DNA from: an uncultured delta proteobacterium
GTDB lineage: Bacteria > Bdellovibrionota > FAC87 > UBA2466
Length of the DNA stretch: 64,000 bases
Assembly: GCA_963778115.1 (NCBI GenBank)
Contig: CAVZSV010000001.1
Coordinates: forward strand, 1 to 64,000
Direction: 5' to 3'
Shown here: positions 1 through 10,440 of the stretch, piece by piece
Layout of the letters: the number at the start of each line of letters is the position of its first letter
Position numbering within the stretch: the stretch's first letter is position 1
Translations under genes and position numbers: made by a program
Notes under the pieces: generated by a model
Database searches by the model: none
Told to the model about the DNA's origin: nothing
Seen by the model: only the letters and a program-made list of their open reading frames with translations

Positions 1-2
1 AA

Positions 3-998
3 GGCAAAAGCCCTTCGGATTTCTTATGGTCTTCGGACGACAGACCTAACGCCGTGTGCGATCCCTATAACGCTAGCGAGTGCGCCGCGGAAACGAATTT
101 TCAGGTCCTTCCCACGGGAGTGCAATTTCACGTCCCCGGCGGCTCCGGACAACCCATCACGATTAGCGCTCGGCAACGAGCCGGCGATCTGATGTCGAGC
201 GCGACTTTGAATTTGAAAGCGCCCGTCGCCGTGCAGGAGGCTCCGCCGACGCCTCCTTCTCAAGTCGTCGTCCTCCAACAGGACGGACATTGGGTAGTCA
301 TCGATGGCCGTTCGTATTGGGTTCCTAATTCCTACCGGCCTGACTGGGTACCTTACCAACACGGCCACTGGGTCTATGTTTCGGGCGACGGTTGGACTTG
401 GGTCTCTTATGATCCGTGGGGCGCTTATACCGATCATTATGGCGTGTGGCGATTGCACGATACCTACGGTTGGATCTGGCTTCCCTTCGAACATCCCGTT
501 TACCACCCGGCCACCGTCACCTTCTTTTTCTCCGGCGGGCACATCGGCTGGAGCCCCTATTATTCGGGTTGGCCAGGAGCTTATCGAACCACGGTGGGTT
601 TCCGAGATGGTTTCCGCCCGGGAATGTCGGTTTCCACCGTTGTTCCCATCGGCGCTACTGTAGTTGCTGAGAGAAACTTTTACTCGCCGAACATTTACGA
701 AAGACGCGTGGTGGAGAAAACGCAGGTAGAGAACATTTACCGAGGAGCGGTGACGACTCGTTCGTTTGGTCTGCAACCCGGTGGCGTCAATCCGACGCCT
801 GCTAGAAATTGGGTTAATAATCGCGTTAAGGGCGGAACGATTCCGGTAACGTCGTCCAGAATGGTGAAAGAGCCAGGAGGGACCTTCAGAACTCCCGTTC
901 CTTATCACCCGACACCAAAAGGATATCCCAAATCACGATTCACTTCGCTCCCACAACCTGTAAGAAGTTCAGGAGCACGTAAACCTCGACGAAGTTAG
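3..998 (+). CDS. Pro/Trp-rich DUF6600-like protein, 5'-partial (frame is open from the window edge)
   Basis: No stop upstream of ORF 54..998. Motifs WVPYQHGHWVY..GWTWVSYDPWG..TDHYGVW..GWIWLP and IGWSP resemble DUF6600 proteins. Confidence 0.7.
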   Translation, partial: GKSPSDFLWSSDDRPNAVCDPYNASECAAETNFQVLPTGVQFHVPGGSGQPITISARQRAGDLMSSATLNLKAPVAVQEAPPTPPSQVVVLQQDGHWVVIDGRSYWVPNSYRPDWVPYQHGHWVYVSGDGWTWVSYDPWGAYTDHYGVWRLHDTYGWIWLPFEHPVYHPATVTFFFSGGHIGWSPYYSGWPGAYRTTVGFRDGFRPGMSVSTVVPIGATVVAERNFYSPNIYERRVVEKTQVENIYRGAVTTRSFGLQPGGVNPTPARNWVNNRVKGGTIPVTSSRMVKEPGGTFRTPVPYHPTPKGYPKSRFTSLPQPVRSSGARKPRRS

Positions 999-1033
999 AC
1001 GACGAAAACGGCGGCTATCAGGACCGTGTACCT

Positions 1034-1102
1034 AAAATAGGCCGGGTCATTATCTCAGGATTGTCTTCGGACTCTTGGGATGAAGATCCGGTCTATTTTT
1101 TT
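1034..1102 (+). terminator. Long hairpin intrinsic terminator between convergent genes
   Basis: Outer stem aaaataggccgggtc/gatccggtctatttt. Inner stem atctcagga..gtc-TTCG-gac-tcttgggat with a C(UUCG)G loop, followed by a T-tract. Confidence 0.75.
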
Positions 1103-1382
1103 AGGGAGGAAGAGGAATTCCTCGTCGAGAATACATCGAAAGAGGGATCGAAACAGAAATGGGGACGGGACCTATCGAAGGGGACACCCTTGAAGTATCA
1201 GGCAGCCGATCCACCAGATCAGGGTTTGCGTTGGGACTAAACCGAGGGGATTGATAAACCAGTTGAGACCTTAGAATCTTAATCACACAGATTGAATCGT
1301 ATTCTCTCCCGGCAAAAGCAGAATTGCCCAAGACAAAAATAGCCAATACTAAGAAGCGATTTAGCTGAACTAGCCGAACCAT
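1101..1382 (-). CDS. Small secreted hypothetical protein
   Basis: GGAGG RBS upstream and a signal peptide-like N-terminus ending in AFA. Confidence 0.55.
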   Translation of the reverse strand: MVRLVQLNRFLVLAIFVLGNSAFAGREYDSICVIKILRSQLVYQSPRFSPNANPDLVDRLPDTSRVSPSIGPVPISVSIPLSMYSRRGIPLPP

Positions 1383-1461
1383 TGATCCTCCAATATCCCC
1401 AGAGAATAGTATTTTTCGGTGTTAACACAGCGCGGTAATCGATTCAAGAGAAAGGCCGCTC

Positions 1462-2583
1462 TTAGGTGCCGGTACCGGGATGGGGATCGTTGACGGCGGC
1501 TTGTGCTTCCATCTGCTCGGCCATCCTCTGATTTTCGAGCGATGATTCGTAGAATTTTTGGTTTTGATCTACCAGGTCTTCGGCAAGTTTTAAGACAATA
1601 GCCGATTGCTCGGCATCACGCTGACTTTGCAGCAATTCGGTAAGAGAGACTGCATTTTGCGGGCGTAATCTTTGGTACATGGCCAAGACCGATGCAAAAT
1701 AGTCGCTGTCGGCCTGCGCTTCGTCACGCCCTGACTTAGCTTTGGAAACCCGAGCATCCCACAAATTCGTATAGGCCTTTGCGATTTCAGAAAGAGCGAT
1801 CACAGTCCCTTGAGCCTGGGCTAGACGCAATCGATCGATGGCGACTTCGGCTTCAAATTCCGCCCATTTACTTTTGCTCTCCTCTGCTTGCGCGATGCTC
1901 TTGGCAAGTCTTGTTGCCGACTCATCAAAAGTCTGCCGGGGAATCGCCCCCTTCGAATACTCCTGCTGAATTTGCGCATGCAGACGCTGATTGATATTCA
2001 CCATCTGCAAATTGTTCTCATATTCTCGCCGGGAGATCAGAGCATCGTTCTCTGCCTCTTTTTCTAAAGTGTCCATGGCGAGACTTTGATTGTTCACCGG
2101 CTGCGTTTGCTCGGCGTGCTGCTCTCGAATCTGCTGGAAATAGGGGGCGCTTCTCAACACCACTTCGTCACTCGTGTAAAAGAGCAACGGCCGCACGGGT
2201 CGCTTAATGGCTTTAGGCTTTTCAAATTTCAAAACACTCATGGGGCCAAAACCGCCGCCCGACGGTTGAGCGCTGCCGGGAACTCCCGGCGACGGAACGT
2301 AATTGGTAGGCCCTCCTCCACCGCCGCCTGAAACACTTCCCGCCGGAGAAAAGGGATTAAGACTATTCAAATAATTTTGGTAGGCCGTTGTAGTACCGGT
2401 ACCACTGCTGCCTCCGCTACCGCCACCGGTAGAGGGAGTATTAGGGGTCGACGGTTTTGCCGCTGGCTTAGGCTGGGAAGGAGAGCCCGGCGGTGGAGTC
2501 GTTGCAGCCACGCAAACACGGTTCCCCAAGCAAAGCTCCATTATCAATAATGAAAATAGAAATATATCCGAACCCCAAGCCAT
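1462..2583 (-). CDS. Exported protein with a Gly/Ser/Pro-rich N-terminus and a long coiled-coil region (OEP/HlyD hairpin-like repeats)
   Basis: 373-aa ORF with a hydrophobic N-terminus and two helical repeats (..EYSKGAIPRQTFDES.. / ..RLRPQNAVSLTELLQS..). Confidence 0.6.
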   Translation of the reverse strand: MAWGSDIFLFSLLIMELCLGNRVCVAATTPPPGSPSQPKPAAKPSTPNTPSTGGGSGGSSGTGTTTAYQNYLNSLNPFSPAGSVSGGGGGGPTNYVPSPGVPGSAQPSGGGFGPMSVLKFEKPKAIKRPVRPLLFYTSDEVVLRSAPYFQQIREQHAEQTQPVNNQSLAMDTLEKEAENDALISRREYENNLQMVNINQRLHAQIQQEYSKGAIPRQTFDESATRLAKSIAQAEESKSKWAEFEAEVAIDRLRLAQAQGTVIALSEIAKAYTNLWDARVSKAKSGRDEAQADSDYFASVLAMYQRLRPQNAVSLTELLQSQRDAEQSAIVLKLAEDLVDQNQKFYESSLENQRMAEQMEAQAAVNDPHPGTGT

Positions 2584-2758
2584 CTATCCCCCCCAAGACG
2601 AAACAGCCTTCTTTTAAGGGATAGTGCTGAAGTGACAGGGTGTCAAAACCATTTCATTCAGGAAGAATTGAGAAACGATTCCGGTAAGTAGAAGCGACGT
2701 CTCTTGTCCCCGTGACCGCTTCCCTCTATAGTCGCCTCGAACCTCTAAGGAGAAAGCC

Positions 2759-3223
2759 ATGCTAGAAGTTGGAAAACCGTTCCCCTCATTTCGTCTCGCT
2801 AACCAAGATGGAGTTTTTAAGGAACTCAAAGATTATGCGGGTAAGTGGTTGGTCGTTTTTGTTTACCCTAAAGATGATACGCCTGGCTGCACCATAGAAG
2901 GAAAAGCCTTTAGCGCTTCTAAGGCCGATTTCGATCGCAACGGCATTTCCGCCGTGGGCCTTAGCGAAGATGACGTCAGTTCACATAAGAATTTCTGCAA
3001 TAAGTTTTCGTTTACCGTCGATCTATTGGCTGATCCCAAAGCGGAGCTCTTGGCTGCGGCAAAAGTGGGAAAGAGCGAATGGAAAGGGACTCTGTATTGG
3101 GATCGCACGACCTTTCTCGTCGATCCGCGCGGTGTGGTCAGGAAAGTTTATCTCAACGTCAAACCCGACGGCCACGACAAGACTGTCCTGGAAGACGTCC
3201 AACAGCTAAAAAAGACGCTGTAA
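2759..3223 (+). CDS. bcp: Peroxiredoxin (Bcp/PrxQ)
   Basis: YPKDDTPGCTIE active-site motif and an AGGAG RBS. Confidence 0.93.
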   Translation: MLEVGKPFPSFRLANQDGVFKELKDYAGKWLVVFVYPKDDTPGCTIEGKAFSASKADFDRNGISAVGLSEDDVSSHKNFCNKFSFTVDLLADPKAELLAAAKVGKSEWKGTLYWDRTTFLVDPRGVVRKVYLNVKPDGHDKTVLEDVQQLKKTL

Positions 3224-3285
3224 TGAGAATTTCTAATTAATTCTCCCATCATTGCCCCACATTTGCAGACTACAGTTAGCCTTGG

Positions 3286-4110
3286 GTGAGAACACGATCT
3301 TCGATTCTCTTGTTGGGCCTGCTTGGGGTCCTCTCCTTTTCCTATGCGAAGACTCCGCCTAGCTTAAGAATAACACGATGCAGCAACGGCCCTGCCGGTC
3401 CCATCTGCCAATGCCACCTTCAATTTCCAGAAACTTGCTCGGGCGAAACCGATCCGGTCGAGATGCCGTGTGCAAGTCAGGGCGTTATCATGCCTTCGGC
3501 AGGCAGCTGCCCCGCAGTCCAAACCCAGGCTACCTCAGGCCAGAGAGACGCCTCTGGGCAAAGACTGATTCCTTCCGAAGGAGTTTGGGTTTGCGACGCC
3601 GCGCCGAAAAACATTCCCGAAGAGGTCGCAAGCTTCTCTGACTGTCGAAATGGTGCCGGAAGACCTTTTTGCAGCTGCTATCTCAAATTTAGCGAGGGGT
3701 GCGGAGCCGAGCAATCCACTACTCCCATCGGTAATAATCCAGTCATTGCTTCCTGCAAGATCGGAGAAGGTGTCGTTCAAGACGCCAAATGTCCTTCCGG
3801 CTCGGGGACGGGCAAAGCGACCTGGCATTGCACCTCCCTCGATCCCAGCGAGAGAGTGGCCGTATGTTCGTGTACGTTAGAGCTTAAGGCCACCGACGTC
3901 TGTGCTAAGTGCAACGACGGTAAACCCGACCCTAGTCAAGGGAGTCAATGCAATCGCGTCAGTTCCGACGATAACTTGGTGTTGGAATCTGCAATCGACT
4001 GTGGGCTACAATCAAGCGATCAAAACGCAAGCCTTCGCTGCCCCGAAGGGACGGCGGAGGTCGGCAACATCATGACCTTTAGTCCGACCTGGAAGTGTTT
4101 CTCGCGTTAG
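3286..4110 (+). CDS. Secreted cysteine-rich protein with three internal repeats
   Basis: Signal peptide, 22 Cys, and a repeated CxCxL...CP...WxC pattern. Confidence 0.75.
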   Translation: MRTRSSILLLGLLGVLSFSYAKTPPSLRITRCSNGPAGPICQCHLQFPETCSGETDPVEMPCASQGVIMPSAGSCPAVQTQATSGQRDASGQRLIPSEGVWVCDAAPKNIPEEVASFSDCRNGAGRPFCSCYLKFSEGCGAEQSTTPIGNNPVIASCKIGEGVVQDAKCPSGSGTGKATWHCTSLDPSERVAVCSCTLELKATDVCAKCNDGKPDPSQGSQCNRVSSDDNLVLESAIDCGLQSSDQNASLRCPEGTAEVGNIMTFSPTWKCFSR

Positions 4111-4168
4111 GATTAAGCCTTGAGGATTAATCCTTAATTATTTTCCCTCCCTCTGATAGACCATAAGA

Positions 4169-4876
4169 ATGATCGAACTGCACTCAGTGGGAGTTACCCC
4201 ACACCCTCAGATCGCTTTAGAGGCGGTACACTCTGACTTTCTACGAGAAGGCTTGCTCTCGGCACGAGATCGCACCTGGAAAGTCTTTCGCGAGATAGCC
4301 TCTGAGTTAAAGGTGGGAATGACGGAGGAACAGGGGCGCAAAGTCGCTTCGCTAACCTTTGAAAAACACGGTGTCACTAAACACTGGCATCGCCCCTATG
4401 TCAGGTTCGGGCCGGGAACGGTACTAACCTTTCACGATTCCTTACAATCCAGTTACCGATTGCAAGACGGAGATCCCATTTACCTGGATTTAGGGCCGGT
4501 ATGGTCTGACGCTGAACACGGCCTAGATTATGAAGGCGATGTGGGTGACACCTTTGTCCTGGGCTCCAACCCCGAAGCCGAAAAATGCGCCCTGACCGCA
4601 CGAACTCTGTTCAAAGAGGGCCAGGCCCGATGGAAACAAGAGCAGTTAACCGGCATTCAGGTTTATGATTTTCTAAGACAACGAGCTTCAGAGCTAGGGT
4701 ATCGACTTTTAGAAAACGTAGACGGCCATCGGGTGAGCGATCATCCCCATACCAAATACTCCAAAGAGCGTTTCTCGGGGCTCCCCTTTACCCCCACCGA
4801 GACCCTTTGGATTTTGGAGCTTCAGATAGTGCACCCGACACTTCCCCTGGGTGCTTTTTTTGAAGATTTGCTTTAG
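4169..4876 (+). CDS. M24 family metallopeptidase
   Basis: Metal-ligand pattern DLGP..EGDVGDT..GHR..LE..FFEDL of the pita-bread fold. Confidence 0.8.
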   Translation: MIELHSVGVTPHPQIALEAVHSDFLREGLLSARDRTWKVFREIASELKVGMTEEQGRKVASLTFEKHGVTKHWHRPYVRFGPGTVLTFHDSLQSSYRLQDGDPIYLDLGPVWSDAEHGLDYEGDVGDTFVLGSNPEAEKCALTARTLFKEGQARWKQEQLTGIQVYDFLRQRASELGYRLLENVDGHRVSDHPHTKYSKERFSGLPFTPTETLWILELQIVHPTLPLGAFFEDLL

Positions 4877-4900
4877 CCGAGGTACTAGCGCAACAGACCT

Positions 4901-5374
4901 TTAACATTCCGCCGGTCGGACAATCCAGGATTTGGGAAGTTCGGCCGTCCGGAACCAAAAATCTTCGATGGATTTTACGATCGTATCGAATTTGGAAAGG
5001 TCCGAGGGTTTAGTAATGAAGCAGTTGGCGTGAAGCTGATAACAACACCGAACGTCCTCTTCCGCTCGAGAGGTCGTCAATACGAGGGTCGGAATTCCGC
5101 AACTCAGCTCAGACTGTTTGATCTCTCGCAAAACTTCGCGCCCATCTTTTTTGGGGAGATTAAGATCTAATATAATCAGATCGGGAGCAGGTACCGCGCC
5201 ACTCTTCACCCGTTTCAGTACATAGTCGGTAGCCTCTTCGCCGTCGCTGACTGTCGTAAGTCGATAGTGAAGTTTGGTTGCCTTAAGTAAAATTCCAATG
5301 AGCTTAACGTCCGCAGGATTATCTTCAACAAGCAATATTTCGGCAGGTTTCGACGATTCGCCAGGTCTGTCCAT
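4901..5374 (-). CDS. Single-domain response regulator (Rcp1-like)
   Basis: ILLVEDNPAD, LDLNLP, LTTS and ANCFITKP motifs. The start codon is uncertain (5374 or 5398). Confidence 0.9.
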   Translation of the reverse strand: MDRPGESSKPAEILLVEDNPADVKLIGILLKATKLHYRLTTVSDGEEATDYVLKRVKSGAVPAPDLIILDLNLPKKDGREVLREIKQSELSCGIPTLVLTTSRAEEDVRCCYQLHANCFITKPSDLSKFDTIVKSIEDFWFRTAELPKSWIVRPAEC

Positions 5375-5577
5375 TTCGTGCTGATACTCCCAATGCAAGA
5401 AAATATTTATGTTGATACCATTAGCACCGAAAGAAGCTTCTCGCTAGCGACTCCTTAAAAAGAAGAGTTGTTTTCATAGATTCTGTTTTCAAATTCCCTA
5501 ACCCACCAACATCGTTCACATTTTCTTAAATCCTACTTCTAACGACGATATCGGTCGCAGAGCTCCTCGATTTTACT

Positions 5578-6285
5578 TTAGCTCAAGTCGAAAAGAAGAA
5601 ATTCTGAGGGGCTTTCGGTGGATGAGGCTGAGATGACCAGTGTCTCGGTATCACTGATAGAGGCACCATCCCCCGCGCCTAGCATTTCGTCATTTAGATT
5701 TACATGGCCTTTGACGATCTGAATCCATCCGTACCTATCCTTACTCAAAGAATGCTCGACTGTTTTTCCGGCATCCAGGAGACAAGCATATAGCTTAGCG
5801 TCTTGATGAATCGTCACGGCACCGTCCTCGCCACGGGGAGCGACGACAAGTCTTAGCTGATTTTGACGAGTTGTCTGAGCAAATCTCTTCTCTTCATAAC
5901 TAGGATCTAAACCGTCTTGTTGAGGAGTGATCCAAATTTGAAGCAGATGCAGCACCTTTTCGTTCGAATGGTTGAATTCGCTGTGCTGAACTCCTCGGCC
6001 CGCACTCATCCGCTGGATGTCACCGGGGCGCAACACCGAGCCCGTGCCCATACTGTCTTTGTGCTCCAGCTCCCCCTCTATCAGGTAGGTTATAATCTCC
6101 ATGTCTCGATGGCCGTGCCTTCCAAACCCCTGACCCGGCTGCACCCAGTCTTCATTGATGACGAGAAGATCGCGAAAGCCTCGAAATCGGGGGTCCCGAT
6201 ATTCCGCAAAAGAGAAGGTATGATAACTCTCAAGCCACCCATGCTCCGCATGGCCGCGATCTTTGGATTTTCTCACCCGAATCAT
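5578..6285 (-). CDS. Pirin family protein (YhhW-like)
   Basis: HGWLESYHTFSF, HGHRDMEI, MSAGRGVQHSE and LQIWI motifs. Confidence 0.93.
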   Translation of the reverse strand: MIRVRKSKDRGHAEHGWLESYHTFSFAEYRDPRFRGFRDLLVINEDWVQPGQGFGRHGHRDMEIITYLIEGELEHKDSMGTGSVLRPGDIQRMSAGRGVQHSEFNHSNEKVLHLLQIWITPQQDGLDPSYEEKRFAQTTRQNQLRLVVAPRGEDGAVTIHQDAKLYACLLDAGKTVEHSLSKDRYGWIQIVKGHVNLNDEMLGAGDGASISDTETLVISASSTESPSEFLLFDLS

Positions 6286-6379
6286 ATGTGCTCCCGGCTA
6301 GTGGCGGATAGATTACCATATTCGCCAAATCGGTATCGCCGAGGTATTGCCAAGGTATTGAATGAAAAAAGAGGAAATT

Positions 6380-6871
6380 ATGAGCCACTCCAATCGTCCG
6401 GAATTTATCAAACACTATAAAGAGATCCAAGGTGACGATGACAGCCACTATCCCAATAGCGACGAGCTCTTGGGGATTAGCTCTGACTTTGGGAGAAAAC
6501 TCGGACTAACCAAGATCGGGGTGGGATTAGACGTCTTGCCCCCAGGCAGAAGATCTTCCTGGCCCCACGCCCATAGCCATGAAGAGGAGTTCGTATACGT
6601 GGTCTGCGGCCACCCTACGGTTTGGCTCAATGGCGAGACCCACCTATTAAACCCGGGTGATGGTGTTGGCTTTCCCGCCGGTACGGGAATCGCCCATACC
6701 TTCATTAATGACACGGACCAAGACGTCATCTGTCTAGTGGTCGGAGAACAGCACGTTCCCCAGGACAAGTGTTTCTATCCGATGCATCCGAAGCGAAACG
6801 AAGAGATCTCTTATTTGTGGAAAGAAGCTCCCAAACCCCCGCTGGGATCGCACAACGGAAAGCCAAAATAG
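6380..6871 (+). CDS. Cupin domain protein
   Basis: HAHSHEEEFVYV and FPAGTGIAH motifs. A GAGG RBS precedes ATG 6380. Confidence 0.88.
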   Translation: MSHSNRPEFIKHYKEIQGDDDSHYPNSDELLGISSDFGRKLGLTKIGVGLDVLPPGRRSSWPHAHSHEEEFVYVVCGHPTVWLNGETHLLNPGDGVGFPAGTGIAHTFINDTDQDVICLVVGEQHVPQDKCFYPMHPKRNEEISYLWKEAPKPPLGSHNGKPK

Positions 6872-6936
6872 CCTAAATACGAGCAAAACTCCCTTCCTCT
6901 TTATTTTTGAAGCGGATTCATGCTTAATGGCCCGCG

Positions 6937-8241
6937 ATGAGCGTCGGCCATTTCACCATTCAACATTTAGGACCCAAGGGGGATGGGACCTGTTTAGGCC
7001 CCCGAGGGCGCATCTTTGTCGAAAGATCGGCTCCCGGCGACCATATCAGGGCACGAGTCTATCAAGGAGACGACGGGATAGCTCGAGGCGAAATTGTTGA
7101 GATCCTTGAACCTTCCCGATACCGGGAGCACGCCCCCTGTGTTCATTATGATCGCTGCGGAAATTGCACCCTGCAGCACCTGACCCCTGAATTTTATTTC
7201 CGTTGGAAAACCGACCTGGTGAAAGACGCTTTCCAGAAACAAGGGTTAAGACCCCGGCAATGGCTAAAGCCTATCTTTCTTGGACGCCATAACCGAAGAC
7301 GAGCCAATTTCACGACACTCAAACAAAGAAGTCGAATCACGATGGGCTATTACCGTCGTCGATCCGATGAACTTACCGATATCGACTCCTGCCTAGTCGC
7401 CGATCCCAGAATTTTAGAACTTCGCAACGCCATAAAGCCCTGCCTCACTCCCATTCTCCAAGACAATCAACCCACGGATATTTTTCTGCAGGTCATCGGG
7501 AGCTCTGAGGTCGATATGGTCATCACAGGTCCCGTTGGCCGAACGGGCGAACCTGATGCTGCCCTGCAAAAGCCTCTGGCCAAAATCCTAGAAACCACAG
7601 CCGTGACCCGAATCAGCTGGCGTTATTCGGAACGCGATCATTGCGAAATCCTTCTGTACAAAGGAAATGGGCAAGTCGTTGCAACGTTCGCTGGTCTATC
7701 CGTAAGCCTTCCTCCGGCTGCCTTTTTACAGCCGACTTCGGAAGGAGAACAGGCCTTGGTAAATGCCGTGCTCCAAGCCCTGCCGAAAAAACCAAAGCCA
7801 AGGTTTGCCGATCTGTTCTGTGGCTGCGGAACCTTTTCAGGCCCTTTACTGACCCGCGTAGAACAAGGCTCGGTAGACGCCTACGATTTAGTTCCGAGTG
7901 CCGTCCACTGCCTGCAAAAAGCGGCAGGGAAACGTTCTTTAAAAGTTTTCCGCCGAGATCTTTTTCGAAATCCTCTACGCCGTGAAGAGATCAATCGCTA
8001 TGATGCGGTAGTTTTTGATCCTCCCAGGGCGGGATGCCCTGAACAAGCCTTCGCCATGGCATCCGCCAGAACTCCAATCCTCATTGGAGTCTCGTGTAAT
8101 CCAGCCACTTTTGCTCGAGATGCTCGTATCTTGTGCGAGGGAGGGTACCGCCTTCAGAGTATTCAGATCGTCGATCAATTTTTGTGGTCGCATCATGTCG
8201 AGATGGTAGGTGTCTTTACTAAACCGAAACGGAATTCTTAG
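6937..8241 (+). CDS. TrmA/RlmD-family RNA m5U methyltransferase
   Basis: TRAM-like N-terminus, CxxxxxCxxC Fe-S motif, FLQ, DLFCGCGTF, DPPRAG, VSCNP and HVE motifs. Confidence 0.88.
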   Translation: MSVGHFTIQHLGPKGDGTCLGPRGRIFVERSAPGDHIRARVYQGDDGIARGEIVEILEPSRYREHAPCVHYDRCGNCTLQHLTPEFYFRWKTDLVKDAFQKQGLRPRQWLKPIFLGRHNRRRANFTTLKQRSRITMGYYRRRSDELTDIDSCLVADPRILELRNAIKPCLTPILQDNQPTDIFLQVIGSSEVDMVITGPVGRTGEPDAALQKPLAKILETTAVTRISWRYSERDHCEILLYKGNGQVVATFAGLSVSLPPAAFLQPTSEGEQALVNAVLQALPKKPKPRFADLFCGCGTFSGPLLTRVEQGSVDAYDLVPSAVHCLQKAAGKRSLKVFRRDLFRNPLRREEINRYDAVVFDPPRAGCPEQAFAMASARTPILIGVSCNPATFARDARILCEGGYRLQSIQIVDQFLWSHHVEMVGVFTKPKRNS

Positions 8242-10387
8242 GTGGCTGATCTCTTTTCCATTCATGTGCGTACCATTACCGGTTTAGACAGGCTCTTAAG
8301 CGAGGAGCTAACGTCTCTGGGAGCCACCGACGTTCGACCGGGAAACCGAGTGGTGACGTGTATGGGGGACTTAGAGCTTCTCTATCAGGCCAATTTATGG
8401 TGTCGAACCGCTATTCGAGTCTTACTCCCTCTGACTTCCTTTGCCGCCCGCGATGAAAAGGCCTTCTACCAGGCAATACGCGAAATCGATTGGAGCCAGT
8501 GGCTACCCGAGACAGGAACGCTTGCGGTAGGAGCTCACGTCCATTCTTCCTTCTGCACCCACTCGCTTTTTTTAGCCCAGTTGGTGAAAGATGCCGTTGT
8601 GGATCAGTTTCGCGACAAAACCGGAAATCGCCCCTCCGTGGATCTGAAATCCCCGGATCTTAGAATTGAAGTAAGTCTGTTTCAAGACCATGCCCACGTC
8701 TATGTGGATGCTTCGGGCGATTCGCTTCACAAAAGAGGTTACCGGCAAAGAGCTGGTCTTGCCCCCTTAAACGAAACACTGGCTGCGGGAATCATCAAAC
8801 TCTCCGGCTGGGATGGAACGACTCCCTTTTTCGATCCTATGTGTGGTTCGGGAACTTTTGCTATCGAAGCGGGTCTTATGCTTCGCAATGTCGCTCCTGG
8901 CCTAATACGGAAGCGCTTTGGATTCCAACACTGGCCTAACTACGACAGCGTACTTTTCGATACTTTGGTGGCAGAGGCCAGGAGTGTTGTCCGTCAAGAC
9001 GTGGATAGTTCGCTAATTATTGGCATCGACGAAGATCCTCTTATCATCGAACTTGCCCGCGAAAATGCAGAGCGAGCGGGATTGACTGATTTGATTCGAT
9101 TTGAGACCGGGGATTTCTTTTCCTGGGATAAACTTCGAGGAAAATCGGGCCATCTAGTAATGAATCCGCCTTACGACGAAAGGTTAGCTGTCCATAACGT
9201 CAACCACTTCTTTGAAAAGATAGGCGATCGGCTCAAGCAGAATTACGGCGGGTGTAGAGCTTCGATTCTTTGTGGAAACCCGCAAGCGGCAAAGCATATC
9301 GGTTTAAGAAGTTCCCAACGAATTGCGCTTTTTAACGGGGCGATTGAGTGTCGTCTTTTTATCTATGAACTGCAGTCCGATTCGAGGCAGCTGCGGCACC
9401 TCTCCGCCAATGCGGTTCCCGCAGACAATGCATTTAAATGGAAGGAGAAATCTGAGACCTTCGCCAATCGCCTGCGCAAGAATTGGAAGCACTACTCAAA
9501 GCTTGCTCGACGACAAAACATCACCTGCTGGAGAATTTACGATAAAGACATTCCAGAACTTCCTTTCATTTTGGATTTATATGCAGACCATCTCCACTTT
9601 GCCGAGGTGCCGCGAAATTATGACCACCCTCCTTCGGCACATGCCGCTTACCTACAGCTTATGTTAGAGACCGCAAGAACCATCGTCGAAGTGGATCCGA
9701 AAAATGTTCATCTCAAGGTGAGACAGCCGCCCAAACCTGGAACCCTTCGCAACCCCAATGCCGAAAAGAACTTGGTAGAGGTTACCGAAAAGGGGCATCG
9801 CTTCTTGGTCAACTTAGAGGATTATGTCGATACCGGACTCTTTCTCGAACAACGCAATCTCAGGGCCCTTATTGAAAATGAAGTCTCGGGAAAGGATTTT
9901 CTGAATCTTTTCGCATATACGGGGTCTCTTTCCGTCTATGCAGCTAGTGGGAAGGCCAAGTCGACGACCACAGTCGATAGCTCTGGGACTTACTTGGATT
10001 GGGCAAAGGGCAATATGCGTCTCAACGGATTTTCAGGAAATCTGCATCGGTATTTCAAATCGGACGTTTCGGATTTCTTAACGCAAACCAGTGCCACTTT
10101 CGATTGGTGTGTCTGTCGATCCCCCGGCACGCTCCGTCAGCCGCACTTCAGGAGCAACTTTTGATATCCAGACTAACCATGTGGCTCTTCTTAGCTTGGT
10201 ATTAGATCGCCTGCGGAGCGGAGGAAAGATCCTCTTTTGCACGAGTTATCGGACATTGACACTAAATGAAGCCGCCCTCAAAGAAGGACGTTCGATCGCT
10301 ATCAAAGACATTACCAAGCAAACGACACCCTTTGATTTTGAGAGGACACCAGGCCACCGGGCGTGGCTTATCGAGAAGCTTTCGTAA
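8242..10387 (+). CDS. rlmKL: Bifunctional 23S rRNA methyltransferase RlmKL, frameshifted near 10114
   Basis: THUMP domain, SLHKRGYR, DPMCGSGT, NPPY, DTGLFL and LNLFAYTG. The C-terminal DPP motif lies in ORF 10091..10387, and removing one base at ~10114 restores FDWCVVDPP. Confidence 0.88.
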
Positions 10388-10440
10388 CTGTCATCAGTTG
10401 AAACTAAACAGCCCTGGGCTTCTCACAATGACAACCTTGC

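Noticed and set aside
24..908. 294-aa minus-strand ORF
   Set aside because: It is an antisense shadow of the DUF6600-like gene and has no recognisable motifs.
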